A stretch of 64,000 nt of DNA from Minisyncoccota bacterium (GCA_041664205.1 JBAYLF010000003.1:7349-71348); one strand, 5' to 3'; shown: positions 28,160 to 38,696, counted from the first letter of the stretch. Notes: a model not told the origin generated them from the sequence alone. Made by a program: numbers and translations.

Positions 28160-29893
28160 TTAAAAATTTGAAAGTTTGTGCATCTTTTTCGACAGGAATT
28201 GATATTCTTCAAGATATGCTTTTACTTTTTCCTTATCTTTCATTCTCTCGGCATCTTTAATATTTTGTGCCGATTTTAAAAGCGCATCTTTAAGATATTC
28301 AATCTCAAGATTCACAAGAAGCTCTGAAACCTCACGCGATAAAATTTCTAATTTCTCTTCATAATTAATTTCTGCTTCAGAAATTAATTTTGTTTTTTCA
28401 TCATCGCTTAATTTGAAATATTCATCTAAATTTTCTGCATTTAGAATACTCTTAAGCTTCTTTTCAGTCTCTTCTATTTCAAAGGTTTTTTCTTTAAGAT
28501 CTTTTTGCCATAAGATTATTCCGATAAGCTTTTTCTCGATAGAACTTCTACGTGCTGAATCGTCTTTTTTTGAATATTCTTTAACATTATTATTACGATA
28601 TGAATTCTGATTTGGATTATCTTTATTGTTGCTCTTAAGCTTAGAAAGTTCCTCCCACAAAGATTCTTCTTTTAAACCTGTAGCAATTGATATTTCTCCA
28701 ATATAATTAGACTGATCAATACTGCTTGGAATAATTGATATTATTGGCAATAATTTTTTCTCTACTTCTCTGCCAAGCGTCCTTTTATCTAGATTCTTAT
28801 CCAATATAAGAGATAGATAAAAATTAACGATATTTTCTGCGTGCTTCAATGAATTTTTCCACAAGTTTATATCTTTAAGCACTAAATCAGCTGGGTCTAA
28901 TCCTAATGGAAGTTTTGCAATTTTTACATCCATACCAATCGAAAGCGCTTTTTGCCAAGCTCTTTCTGATGCTCCAAAACCTGCCTTATCTCCATCGTAA
29001 GCAATCAAAAGATTGTTCGACATTCTTTTTAGGATATCTAAGTGCCTGTCAGTAAGAGCTGTTCCACCTGATGCTACAGTGTTCAAAAAACCCGCCTGAT
29101 GCACGAGTATCGCATCCATCTGTCCTTCTACAAGAATAGTATAACCTCTTTCGCGAATAGCCTGTTTAGCAAAATTCAATCCGTAAAGATTTTCTGATTT
29201 GCTATAAAGAGCTGTCTCTGGACTGTTTATGTATTTTGCAGATTTTTTATCATCATGAAATATTCTACCGCTAAAACCGATCACTCTGCCAGAATTGTCA
29301 AAAAGTGGAAACATTATCCTGTCTCGAAACCAGTCGTAATATCCTTTGTCACTTTTTCGCACAAGACCAACTTTTTCCATATCTGATTCTTGAAATCCTT
29401 TACTCTTTAAAAAATCATAAAGGCTTCTCCATTCTTGAAGCGAATATCCCAAGCGCCACTTTTCTATAGTTTCTGAATTAAGTCCTCGCTTTTTCAAATA
29501 TTCCTTAGCTTCTTCTGTGAATTTATTTTTAAAGAACAATGTTGCAGTCTCCAATATCAGAAATAATCTGTCTTTTTCATTTTTTATATCCGGATTTTCT
29601 TTTACTAATTCTACTCCCGCCCTTTCAGCTAAAACTTTAAGTGCGCCCATAAAATCTAAATGCTCAAATTCCTGAACAAACGTAAAAATGTCTCCTTTTG
29701 CTCCGCAACCAAAACAGTAAAATGAATCTCTTAAAGGCGACACCAAAAACGACGGGGTTTTTTCTTTATGAAACGGACAACAAGCTTTTAAATTACTGCC
29801 GGCTTTTTCTAGTTTTACATAAGAAGACACCACCTCAACAATTCCCAATCTTTCCTTTATTTTTTCTACGTTATTAGAAGACACAGATATCAA
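28160..29893 (-). CDS. dnaG: DNA primase
   Basis: CPFHKEKTPSF..CFGC zinc finger, KYINSPET, VEGQMD, YDGDKAG; start may be GTG 29884. Confidence 0.96.
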   Translation of the reverse strand: MISVSSNNVEKIKERLGIVEVVSSYVKLEKAGSNLKACCPFHKEKTPSFLVSPLRDSFYCFGCGAKGDIFTFVQEFEHLDFMGALKVLAERAGVELVKENPDIKNEKDRLFLILETATLFFKNKFTEEAKEYLKKRGLNSETIEKWRLGYSLQEWRSLYDFLKSKGFQESDMEKVGLVRKSDKGYYDWFRDRIMFPLFDNSGRVIGFSGRIFHDDKKSAKYINSPETALYSKSENLYGLNFAKQAIRERGYTILVEGQMDAILVHQAGFLNTVASGGTALTDRHLDILKRMSNNLLIAYDGDKAGFGASERAWQKALSIGMDVKIAKLPLGLDPADLVLKDINLWKNSLKHAENIVNFYLSLILDKNLDKRTLGREVEKKLLPIISIIPSSIDQSNYIGEISIATGLKEESLWEELSKLKSNNKDNPNQNSYRNNNVKEYSKKDDSARRSSIEKKLIGIILWQKDLKEKTFEIEETEKKLKSILNAENLDEYFKLSDDEKTKLISEAEINYEEKLEILSREVSELLVNLEIEYLKDALLKSAQNIKDAERMKDKEKVKAYLEEYQFLSKKMHKLSNF

Positions 29894-29975
29894 AATAAAT
29901 TATTATTTAACTTCTGTTATTCTCGCCTAATTATAAAGATAGACGATAATAGTGAGCCGAACCAGCAACTTCTGC

Positions 29976-32900
29976 TTAGTATCCTTCTACTTCATTTTCA
30001 TTTCTGAGACTTTCCCTCTCTAAATTAAGTTTGGCCATTTCTTCTTCTATCATTTTTGCTTTTGGTCCACCTTTGTATCCGCTTCCCGCTGGGATTAATC
30101 TACCGATAATAACATTCTCCTTTAGACCAACTAATCTATCAACGCTTCCTCTAATAGCTGAGTTTATCAAGACTCGTGTTGTATGCTCGAATGATGCTGC
30201 AGACAAGAAGCTTCTTCTTGTAAGAGATACCTCTCTGATTCCCATAACTACAGGAGTAACCTTTGCTTCCTCGTTTCCATTCTCTTTTGCAATCTTATTT
30301 TCATCATTAAGCTCATCTGCGTCTATTAAATCACCAGGAGAGAAACTTGTTCCGCCTGACTCTCTAACCTTTGATCGAGAAAACATCTGACGAACTATTA
30401 CTTCTGTGTGCTTTCTTGAAACTGCTGATCCTTGTAATTCATAAAGTTTGTTTACTTCGGAAATTACATAATTCTGAGTAGCTTCTTTTCCTCCGTATTT
30501 ATATAATTCGTCAATATCTGCTGATCCGTCAGTCATAAGATCGCCCATAGAAACTTTGTCGCCAACTTTTACAATAGGAGTTCTCTTGTAATTAACAATG
30601 TATTCGGTTTCTTTTGCTGCTGTTTTTTTAGAAGTAATTTCGGGCAAAAGAACAATGATCTTTTCTTTGCCAGCATTCTTAATTTCCAAAACAGAACCAT
30701 CGATGTGAGAAATTACTGCAGGATTTTTTGGTTTTCTCTTTTCAAAAACTTCTTCAACTCTAGGCAATCCTTGAGTGATGTCTCCTCCAACAGTTGCTGT
30801 TCCTCCTGAGTGGAAGGTTCTCATTGTAAGTTGAGTTCCTGGTTCACCAATAGCCTGTGCTGCAACTGTTCCAACAGCCTCTCCAACTTCAACAAGTTTG
30901 TTTTTTCCGAGATCATATCCATAACAATGCGCACATATACCTCGTGCAGTTTTGCATCGTAGAGGAGATCTCACAGAAACTTCCTTAACGCCAGCTTCTT
31001 CAATTTTTCTTGAATCAGCTTTGCTTAATAAATGACCCTTCTTAAATAAAACATTTCCTTTTTCATCTAAAATATCTTGGAAAATAACTCTTCCTTCAAC
31101 ATTTTTTGCTATCGAAACTTCTATACCAGAATCACTATCCGAACCATGTAATACTATTCCGTCTTTTACACCACAATCTTCTTCAGTAACAAGTAAGTCT
31201 TGAGCGACATCGAATAATCTTCGGCTCAAATATCCAGCTTTTGCAGTGTTCAATGCTGTGTCTGTTAATCCCTTTCTTGCGCCGTGAGTAGTAATGAAAT
31301 ATTCAATAGGGGTCAAGCCTTCTTTAGAAGATGAAATAATTGGAAAATCAATAGTTTCTCCAACAGTGTTTACAATAAGACCTTTCATACCAACCATCTG
31401 AGTAATGTTTCCAATAGAACCTCGAGCTCCTGATTTCAACATGTCATAAACCGATCCATTCTTTAAAAGACTACTTGGAATTAGTTTTTCTATTTCATTT
31501 TTTGCAGACTGCCATACTTCAATATTTTTTCTCTTCTTTTCTTCGTCAGAAAGGAATCCTTCATTGTATTGAGCTGTTATTTCTTCAGACTCTTTCTTTG
31601 CGCGATCAATAACCTCACCCTTTTGGGCAGGTGAATTCAAATCGTCAATTCCCCATGTCACACCAGAAACGGTCGCATATTTGAAACCAAAAGTTTTTAC
31701 CTTATCAAGTATAGCTGGAACATTTCTAATTCCGTAAAATACAATAAGATCATCAACTATAGCTGACATTTTCTTTTTATCTATTTCTTGATTAACAAAA
31801 GGATAATCTTCTGGCAATTCATTGTTGAAAAGAAGTCTTCCTACTGTTGTTTCAAAAAGCTTTTCTTCAAATACTTTATATTTGTTTCCATATCTAGCGA
31901 CATCACCACCGCGAACTTTTATTTTTGCTCGAAGATCAACTTCGCCAAAGTCACAAGCGGTAATCGCATCGTTTGGATCTGAGAAAATTTTTCCTTCTCC
32001 TTTCTTTCCTTCAATAATTTTTGTAACCCAGAAACATCCTAGAACAATGTCCAATTTGTCGATTGAAATAACAATGTTGCCGTTTCCTGGTTTAAGAATA
32101 TTTTTATCAGCTGCCATTATTTCTCGAGCTTCTATTTGAGCTTCATCAGAAAGTGGCACGTGAACAGCCATCTGGTCTCCGTCGAAGTCAGCGTTGAAAG
32201 CTGTGCAAACAAGAGGATGAACCTGAATAGCATTTCCTTCTATAAGGATAGGTTGGAATGCCTGAATACCTAATCTGTGCAAAGTTGGAGCTCTGTTTAG
32301 AAAAACGTATTTGTTTTGAATAACTTGTTCCAAAATTGCCCAAACTTCTGTAACTCCTTCATCGATAATTCTGCCCGCACCTCTTATGTTGAAAGCTAGT
32401 TCCCTTTTTAGAAGTTCTGAAATAACAAATGGTCTGAATAGTTCAAGTGCCATGTGTTTTGGAAGACCACATTGATGAAGTTTAAGTTCTGGACCAACAA
32501 CGATAACTGAACGTCCTGAGTAGTCAACACGCTTTCCTAGAAGGTTTGCTCTAAAGAGTCCTCGTTTTCCTTTTAAGTTATCTGCAATTGATTTCAAAGG
32601 TCGTCTCTGTGCTGGATTTAATCCGGCATAAAGAGTGTTGCCGTGTCGAATTGAGTTGTCGATGAGAGCATCAACAGCTTCTTGTAAAATTCTTTTTTCG
32701 TTTCTTAAAATAACATCAGGAGCAAATATTTCTTTGAGTTTTTTAAGACGATTATTTCTGTTTATAACTCTTCGGTATAGATCGTTAACATCTGATGTTG
32801 CGTGTCGTCCACCATCAAGAGCAACCATAGGTCGTAAAGCCGCAGGAATAACTGGTATTTGTTTTAGAAACATCCAATCTGGTCTAATGCCTGAAGTGAT

Positions 32901-33710
32901 CATAGCTCTGATCAAACTTAATCTTTTTGTTATTTTTTCTCTATCAATTGCACCAGCTTTTTCAATATCGATAACTAGTTGCTTCTCGATCTTTGGAAGA
33001 TCCATACCTCGACATAGATCGAAAATTGCTTCTGCTCCTATTCCTGCCTCAAATAGAGCACCGTATTTAATAGAATATTTATGATATAAAATTTCATCAA
33101 GAACTGCTCCTTCTTTTATACTTTCAATATCTTTTTTAGCATTAACAAGGAGTTCTTTCATAGCCTCTTTTGATTTCTCGTCTGTGAGAGCTTTAACTTT
33201 GCTCTTGTATTCACTATCTATATCTCTTGCAAGTCTTGCTCGCTCTTCCTCATTAACTGATTTTATTATGTATCCTGCAAAATAAATAACTTTTTCAAGA
33301 TCACCGCTGCTCATTCCTAATATCATAGCAATCCTAGAAGGAGTGCTTCTCAAAAACCAAATATGAGAAACTGGTGTTGCGAGTTCTATATGTCCCATTC
33401 TTTCACGTCTAACTATAGAGCGTGTAATTTCAACTCCGCACTTTTCGCAAACGATACCTTTGTATCTTATACCTCGGTATTTTCCACAATAACATTCCCA
33501 ATCACGATCAGGACCAAATATCTTTTCGTCGAAAAGACCGCTCTTTTCGCTTCTTTGTGTTCTGTAGTTCATGGTCTCAGGTTTTGTTACCTCGCCATAA
33601 GACCACTCCTTTATTTTTTCAGGAGAAGCCAACTTAAGAACAACTTCATCAAAATCAGCTGGTTCTGTTATTCTTGGCTTTATTGTGTTGTTTGTATTGT
33701 TTGTGTTCAT
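29976..33710 (-). CDS. rpoC: RNA polymerase beta' subunit
   Basis: NADFDGD catalytic motif, GKRVDYSGRSV, GEPGTQLTMRTFH. Confidence 0.98.
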   Translation of the reverse strand: MNTNNTNNTIKPRITEPADFDEVVLKLASPEKIKEWSYGEVTKPETMNYRTQRSEKSGLFDEKIFGPDRDWECYCGKYRGIRYKGIVCEKCGVEITRSIVRRERMGHIELATPVSHIWFLRSTPSRIAMILGMSSGDLEKVIYFAGYIIKSVNEEERARLARDIDSEYKSKVKALTDEKSKEAMKELLVNAKKDIESIKEGAVLDEILYHKYSIKYGALFEAGIGAEAIFDLCRGMDLPKIEKQLVIDIEKAGAIDREKITKRLSLIRAMITSGIRPDWMFLKQIPVIPAALRPMVALDGGRHATSDVNDLYRRVINRNNRLKKLKEIFAPDVILRNEKRILQEAVDALIDNSIRHGNTLYAGLNPAQRRPLKSIADNLKGKRGLFRANLLGKRVDYSGRSVIVVGPELKLHQCGLPKHMALELFRPFVISELLKRELAFNIRGAGRIIDEGVTEVWAILEQVIQNKYVFLNRAPTLHRLGIQAFQPILIEGNAIQVHPLVCTAFNADFDGDQMAVHVPLSDEAQIEAREIMAADKNILKPGNGNIVISIDKLDIVLGCFWVTKIIEGKKGEGKIFSDPNDAITACDFGEVDLRAKIKVRGGDVARYGNKYKVFEEKLFETTVGRLLFNNELPEDYPFVNQEIDKKKMSAIVDDLIVFYGIRNVPAILDKVKTFGFKYATVSGVTWGIDDLNSPAQKGEVIDRAKKESEEITAQYNEGFLSDEEKKRKNIEVWQSAKNEIEKLIPSSLLKNGSVYDMLKSGARGSIGNITQMVGMKGLIVNTVGETIDFPIISSSKEGLTPIEYFITTHGARKGLTDTALNTAKAGYLSRRLFDVAQDLLVTEEDCGVKDGIVLHGSDSDSGIEVSIAKNVEGRVIFQDILDEKGNVLFKKGHLLSKADSRKIEEAGVKEVSVRSPLRCKTARGICAHCYGYDLGKNKLVEVGEAVGTVAAQAIGEPGTQLTMRTFHSGGTATVGGDITQGLPRVEEVFEKRKPKNPAVISHIDGSVLEIKNAGKEKIIVLLPEITSKKTAAKETEYIVNYKRTPIVKVGDKVSMGDLMTDGSADIDELYKYGGKEATQNYVISEVNKLYELQGSAVSRKHTEVIVRQMFSRSKVRESGGTSFSPGDLIDADELNDENKIAKENGNEEAKVTPVVMGIREVSLTRRSFLSAASFEHTTRVLINSAIRGSVDRLVGLKENVIIGRLIPAGSGYKGGPKAKMIEEEMAKLNLERESLRNENEVEGY

Positions 33711-33735
33711 AAATTAAATCAAAATTAGCTAAAAA

Positions 33736-36700
33736 TTATTTCGACTTTTCTGCTGCGTTTCTTTTTCGTGAAGAAGCTCGAGCCGCTGATTCTTCAAGAT
33801 CTTTTCCGCCAGTTTTCTTAAGTTCAATATCTAAAGCAAGACCTTTTAGGTTGAAAAGAAGCACATTAAATGACGCTGGTAGGTTAGGCATTCCTATTGG
33901 TTCGCCTTTCACTATCGAATCAAATGTTTGTGATCGACCCACAATATCGTCAGATTTTATTGTAAGCATTTCTCGCAAGCTGTATGCCGCTCCGTGTCCC
34001 AAAAGTGCCCAGACTTCCATTTCTCCGAATCTCTGTCCTCCACCTTGAGCTTTACCTCCAAGTGGCTGTTGAGTAATAAGAGAGTAAGGACCAATTGATC
34101 GCATGTGTATCTTGTCTTCAACCATATGGTGCAGTTTCAAAATATACATATAACCAACAGCAATGTCTTGTTGGAAAGCATCGCCGGTTCTACCGTCAAA
34201 AAGTTGCATCTTTCCATTTTCATTAAAGCCAGCTTTTTTCAATTCTTGTTTTATTTCAACATCTGTAGCACCTCCGAATGCAGGAACTACCGCTTGATAA
34301 CCAAGTGAGTTTGCTGCAAGTCCTAAGTGTAATTCCAAAATCTGTCCTAAGTTCATACGAGAAGGAACACCTAATGGAGTAAGAATAATATCTATTGGAG
34401 TTCCGTCTGCCATATATGGCATATCTTCTGCTGGTAAGATCTTTGAAATAACTCCTTTGTTTCCGTGTCGTCCTGCAAGTTTGTCTCCTACTGAAACTGT
34501 TCGAAGTTGTGCTATTTCAATGTGAATTCTTTTTATAATTCCTGATTCCAATTTGTCACCTTTATCTCTTGAGAAAACTGTAACGCCAATAACGCGTCCT
34601 CGTTTACCGTGCTCCAATTTCTTTGAAGTATCTTTTACATCGCGAGCCTTTTCACCGAAGATCGATCTTAACAATCGCTCTTCTGGAGTAAGTTGTGTCT
34701 CACCTTTTGGAGTAATCTTTCCAACCAAAATATCTCCTGGTCGAACTTCCGCTCCTACGCGAACAATTCCCTCTTCATCAAGATTTTTTAGTTTTGCTTC
34801 ACCAACGTTTGGAATATCATGTGTAGTAACTTCTGGTCCAAGTTTTGTATCACGAACATTAACAACAAACTCTTCCAAGTGAATTGAAGAGAATTTATCT
34901 TCCTTAACAAGTTTTTCTGATACTATGATTGCGTCTTCATAGTTTGAACCTGACCATGATAAGAATCCTACTAAAATATTTTGTCCTAATGCCATTTCTC
35001 CTTGATCACTAGATGAAGTATCAGCAAGAAGATCTCCTTTTTTAACTTTGTCTCCTAAATTAACAAATGGCCTCTGGTGAAATACTGTCATTCCGTTTGT
35101 TCTGTTGAATTGAATAAGATCATACTGATCGTCTTTTCCTTTGTTATCTTCAACAATAATCTTTCTTGCATCAACATATTTAACAACCCCAGATTCTCTT
35201 GCAACGACAATTCTTCCTGTATCTCTGATGGCTTTTTCTTCAATACCTGTTGCAACTAATGGTGCTTCAGGAACGAGACATGGTGTTGCTTGCTTTTGCA
35301 TGTTAGAACCCATAAGTGCTCTGTTAGCATCATCATGGTTCAAGAATGGAATCATAGAGGTTACTATAGAAAAAGCTTGGTTTGTTGAAACGTCTATATA
35401 GTCTACTTTATCTGGAGAAATAAGACCTGGACCGCCGTTGATTCTAACCTCAACGTTTTGTTCAGTAATTTTTCCAGTCTCTTCATCATATGCTGTAGCA
35501 GCGTGAGCAATGTGATACTGCTCCTCTTCCAAAGCATTCAAATATTCTATTTCGCTAGTAATTTTTCCATTTTTTACTTTTGCATATGGTGTTTCGATCA
35601 TTCCAAAATCATTTATTTTTGCGAATGCTGCAAGTCTTAAAATAAGACCGATGTTTGGGCCTTCAGGAGTATGTATAGGACAAACACGGCCGTAGTGAGA
35701 TGGGTGAACATCTCGAACTTCATAACCTGCGCGCTCTCTGGTCAATCCTCCAGGACCTAATGCTGATATAGTTCTTAAATGCTCGAGTTCCGCAAGAGAG
35801 TTTTCCTGTTGCATGAACTGTGATAATTGGTTTGTTGTAAAAAATTCTTTGATACGAGCTTGCAAAGGTCGTGGTGAAATAAATTGAACAGGAAGTGTTG
35901 TGTCAGTATCAATAGTAGACATTCTATTTTGAATGTTTCTCTTCATCTGTGTCATTCCCATTCTTATCTTTTGCTGTAAAAGTTCACCGACATATCTAAC
36001 TCTTCTTGATCCTAAGTGGTCAATGTCATCTACCTCTGCTTCTGGGTGATTATTCAAAAATATTATATGAGAAACGATAGTTGCAACATCTTCTGGGGAT
36101 ATTGTTCTTCTGTCTTTCTCTTTTTCATCAAGAGGCTTACTGAAACGAGTGTTAAATCGAAATCGTCCTACTTTGTGAAGGTCATATCTTTCTGGACTCA
36201 TAATATCTCCTATGAATTCGCGTGCGTTATCAGGTGTTGAAAGTTCTCCATCGCGAAGTTTTTTGTGAATTTCAATGAAGGAATCGTCGGCTACTTTTGC
36301 AGGATCCTTTGCGATTATATGCTCCATTATTTTAGCGATATTCGGTTCATTTTTGAAAAGATCTAAAATCTCCTTGTCAGTTTCTTTTCCTAGCACTCTA
36401 AAAAGAGAAGAGATAGGAAACTTTCGCTTCCTATCTATTCTTACGTATACCAAATCATCTGCTTCGCTTTCTATTTCTATCCAGACTCCTCTTGCTGGAA
36501 TGATCTTTGCGCCAAAATATTTCTTTCCTTTTACCTCATTCGCAGTAAAAAAAATCCCAAACGATCTTGCGAGTTGGGGCACTAACACTCTTTCTATTCC
36601 ATTGATGATAAATGTTCCATGAGAGGTCATTAGAGGAAAATCTGCCATGAAAATTTCTTGTTCTTTCTTGGTTCCTAGTATTTTGTTCTTAAGACAGACC

Positions 36701-36981
36701 ATGATTTTCAATGGTGCTTCATAGGAAATCTTCTTTGTCTTTGCATAATATTCATCAAACTGTGCATCAGTTAATGTAAAATCCAAAAACTGAAGTTCGA
36801 ACTTCTTTTCTGTATAATCTTTAATTGAATTAAACTCATCAAAAACTTCCTTAATTCCCTTTTCGAGAAGCCACTTAAATGAAGCTACTTGAGACTCCAC
36901 GAGATTAGGGATAGGAGCAAGGGGCTTTTTAAACTTTCCGAAATACTTCTTTGTTCTCTTGGTTGTTTGAGTTGAGTTCAT
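33736..36981 (-). CDS. rpoB: RNA polymerase beta subunit
   Basis: GDKLAGRHGNKG, RALMGSNMQ, GGQRFGEME. Confidence 0.98.
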   Translation of the reverse strand: MNSTQTTKRTKKYFGKFKKPLAPIPNLVESQVASFKWLLEKGIKEVFDEFNSIKDYTEKKFELQFLDFTLTDAQFDEYYAKTKKISYEAPLKIMVCLKNKILGTKKEQEIFMADFPLMTSHGTFIINGIERVLVPQLARSFGIFFTANEVKGKKYFGAKIIPARGVWIEIESEADDLVYVRIDRKRKFPISSLFRVLGKETDKEILDLFKNEPNIAKIMEHIIAKDPAKVADDSFIEIHKKLRDGELSTPDNAREFIGDIMSPERYDLHKVGRFRFNTRFSKPLDEKEKDRRTISPEDVATIVSHIIFLNNHPEAEVDDIDHLGSRRVRYVGELLQQKIRMGMTQMKRNIQNRMSTIDTDTTLPVQFISPRPLQARIKEFFTTNQLSQFMQQENSLAELEHLRTISALGPGGLTRERAGYEVRDVHPSHYGRVCPIHTPEGPNIGLILRLAAFAKINDFGMIETPYAKVKNGKITSEIEYLNALEEEQYHIAHAATAYDEETGKITEQNVEVRINGGPGLISPDKVDYIDVSTNQAFSIVTSMIPFLNHDDANRALMGSNMQKQATPCLVPEAPLVATGIEEKAIRDTGRIVVARESGVVKYVDARKIIVEDNKGKDDQYDLIQFNRTNGMTVFHQRPFVNLGDKVKKGDLLADTSSSDQGEMALGQNILVGFLSWSGSNYEDAIIVSEKLVKEDKFSSIHLEEFVVNVRDTKLGPEVTTHDIPNVGEAKLKNLDEEGIVRVGAEVRPGDILVGKITPKGETQLTPEERLLRSIFGEKARDVKDTSKKLEHGKRGRVIGVTVFSRDKGDKLESGIIKRIHIEIAQLRTVSVGDKLAGRHGNKGVISKILPAEDMPYMADGTPIDIILTPLGVPSRMNLGQILELHLGLAANSLGYQAVVPAFGGATDVEIKQELKKAGFNENGKMQLFDGRTGDAFQQDIAVGYMYILKLHHMVEDKIHMRSIGPYSLITQQPLGGKAQGGGQRFGEMEVWALLGHGAAYSLREMLTIKSDDIVGRSQTFDSIVKGEPIGMPNLPASFNVLLFNLKGLALDIELKKTGGKDLEESAARASSRKRNAAEKSK

Positions 36982-37253
36982 AGATTTTATTAATTAAATT
37001 ATTGTTTAAATGATTCTAATAAGCTAACAAAAGTCAACATTGAAACTATTTAAAAATAGTGTTTTTGTTCAAAAAGTGAGAAAAAATAAGACAAATAAAA
37101 CAACACCCCTTAAAAAGGTTTTTACTAAAAATTTGTTTATTTACCTAATTGTTTTCTCAATAGGCCGAATTAAAACTATAAAATGTATGGGAAAAACAGT
37201 TTTAAACTCAATCTTTCTACGTGTAAATAACATTATATTTATTTTGTAATTAT

Positions 37254-37270
37254 TGTCAAGCTGTGGATAA
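37254..37270 (-). promoter_or_regulatory. Consensus DnaA box TTATCCACA abutting the TTGACA of the putative rpoB promoter
   Basis: tgtggataa at 37262-37270; tgtcaa at 37254-37259. Confidence 0.45.
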
Positions 37271-37327
37271 GTTTCTTGCAAAATTACAAAACAAAACTAA
37301 TAACTTTACAAAATTAGAAGGCTTGTT

Positions 37328-37993
37328 CTAAGCACTCTTATTTTTGAGATCTTTTCTAGAATTTCTCCATTCATCTATCTTTTGATGATGTCCGGAAAGA
37401 AGAACTTTGGGAACTTTATAATTTTTTCCTTTATAAGAAAGTGTCTCTGGTCGCGTATATACATCTGGAGAAGATACTCGATCATCTTCTAATGATCCGA
37501 AATCTCCTAACACTCCCTCAATCTGTCTAGATACACAATCAATAATTGCCATTGCTGGCAATTCCCCACCTGTAAGCACATACGGCCCGATAGAAAATTC
37601 TTTTGCTTTAAATATCTTTGTTACTCTAGCGTCCACACCTTCGTATCTTCCGCAAATAATAACGATGTCTTTTTTCTTTTTAAAACCTATTGCCACCTTG
37701 TTTGTAAATTGTTTTCCAGAAGGAGAAAGAAAAATCACCATAGCCTTTTTCTTGTCAGCGATATTTTCAAATGCATTTTCAATAGCCTTTATATAAGGCA
37801 TGGCTTGAAGAACCATTCCTGGCCCCCCACCGTATGGCTTGTAATCAACTCTTTTTCGTTTGTCTTCAGAAAAATCGCGAGGATTATAGAACTTAACATT
37901 AATTAAATTATTTTTTATTGCGCGCGCCAAAATAGACTCGCCTAAATACGAGCTGAAAGAATCTGGAAATAATGTGATTATATGGAAATTCAT
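37328..37993 (-). CDS. trmD: tRNA (guanine-N1)-methyltransferase
   Basis: PYGGGPGMV, CGRYEGVDAR, SIGPYVLTGGE. Confidence 0.96.
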   Translation of the reverse strand: MNFHIITLFPDSFSSYLGESILARAIKNNLINVKFYNPRDFSEDKRKRVDYKPYGGGPGMVLQAMPYIKAIENAFENIADKKKAMVIFLSPSGKQFTNKVAIGFKKKKDIVIICGRYEGVDARVTKIFKAKEFSIGPYVLTGGELPAMAIIDCVSRQIEGVLGDFGSLEDDRVSSPDVYTRPETLSYKGKNYKVPKVLLSGHHQKIDEWRNSRKDLKNKSA

Positions 37994-37997
37994 ATCT

Positions 37998-38069
37998 TGT
38001 CATTCCCGCGCAGGCGGGAATCTAGTTTCTGTCTGCTTAATCTGGATTCCCGCTTTCGCGGGAATGACA
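37998..38069. repeat. Inverted pair of GTCATTCCCGCG REP units (Neisseria dRS3 / Rickettsia RPE-like)
   Basis: TGTCATTCCCGCGCAGGCGGGAATCTAG ... CTGGATTCCCGCTTTCGCGGGAATGACA; each unit matches ATTCCC-N8-GGGAAT. Confidence 0.85.
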
Positions 38070-38095
38070 GAAGAAAAATCGGAACGACACTAACA

Positions 38096-38136
38096 AACAA
38101 AAAACCGTGGTAAAAGATTACCACGGTTTTTTGTTT
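38096..38136 (-). terminator. khpA terminator
   Basis: AAAAAACCGTGGTAA..TTACCACGGTTTTTT. Confidence 0.8.
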
Positions 38137-38142
38137 TTGTCA

Positions 38143-38165
38143 TTAGACCTCTTCGAGAGGTCTAA
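38143..38165. repeat. 23-bp hairpin TTAGACCTCT-TCG-AGAGGTCTAA
   Basis: 10-bp perfect inverted repeat. Confidence 0.6.
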
Positions 38166-38180
38166 ATAGAGATAATTTAT

Positions 38181-38495
38181 TTAGATGTTTAAATCTTCCA
38201 TTGCTTCGTCTACGCTCTTTGTTGAGTTCTCTACTCGTCCGCGACCACCTTCTGGTTCCTCAATCTTGAGGTTTACTCGAGCATTGTTTTTCATTCCAAC
38301 AACTCGAAGAAGTGTTCTGATGGCCTTTGCTGTATTTCCTGATCGTCCAATTATTTTACCCATATCTGCTGGGTTAACGACCAATGTAATAAGCACGCCC
38401 ATTTCATCAACTGTTCGAACGATCTTTACATCGCTAGGATTGTCTACGAGCGCCCTGATAACGTAATCAAGAAACTCTGCATCTTTTTCTTTCAT
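38181..38495 (-). CDS. khpA: KH-domain RNA-binding protein (KhpA/YlqC)
   Basis: LVDNP, DMGKIIGRSGNTAKAIRTL; rpsP-khpA-trmD context. Confidence 0.92.
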   Translation of the reverse strand: MKEKDAEFLDYVIRALVDNPSDVKIVRTVDEMGVLITLVVNPADMGKIIGRSGNTAKAIRTLLRVVGMKNNARVNLKIEEPEGGRGRVENSTKSVDEAMEDLNI

Positions 38496-38665
38496 ATATG
38501 TTCTTTATCTAACTTAAACTTTCATAAACATTGCAGTAATTCGACCGTCATTGCACGGTTTTAGCCGGCTTTCTTACCTACTGCTTATTAAACATAAATT
38601 GTAGCATCGTTTAAAATAAAATCAAACAATACTAGGATAGCTTTTTCAAAAAATCATCAATATAT

Positions 38666-38696
38666 AAAAAAGAGCCTTTCCGTAAGGAAAGGCTCT
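38666..38696 (-). terminator. Terminator of the 38741 gene
   Basis: AAAAAAGAGCCTTTCC-GTAA-GGAAAGGCTCT. Confidence 0.8.

Noticed and set aside
29976-36981. Many 60-150 aa plus-strand ORFs within rpoC/rpoB (and similar ones inside other long genes)
   Set aside because: Antisense or off-frame shadows with no independent signals
37040-37327. oriC candidate / 69-aa ORF upstream of rpoB
   Set aside because: A single DnaA box with no dnaA/dnaN nearby; the ORF is low-complexity and antisense to the rpoB leader
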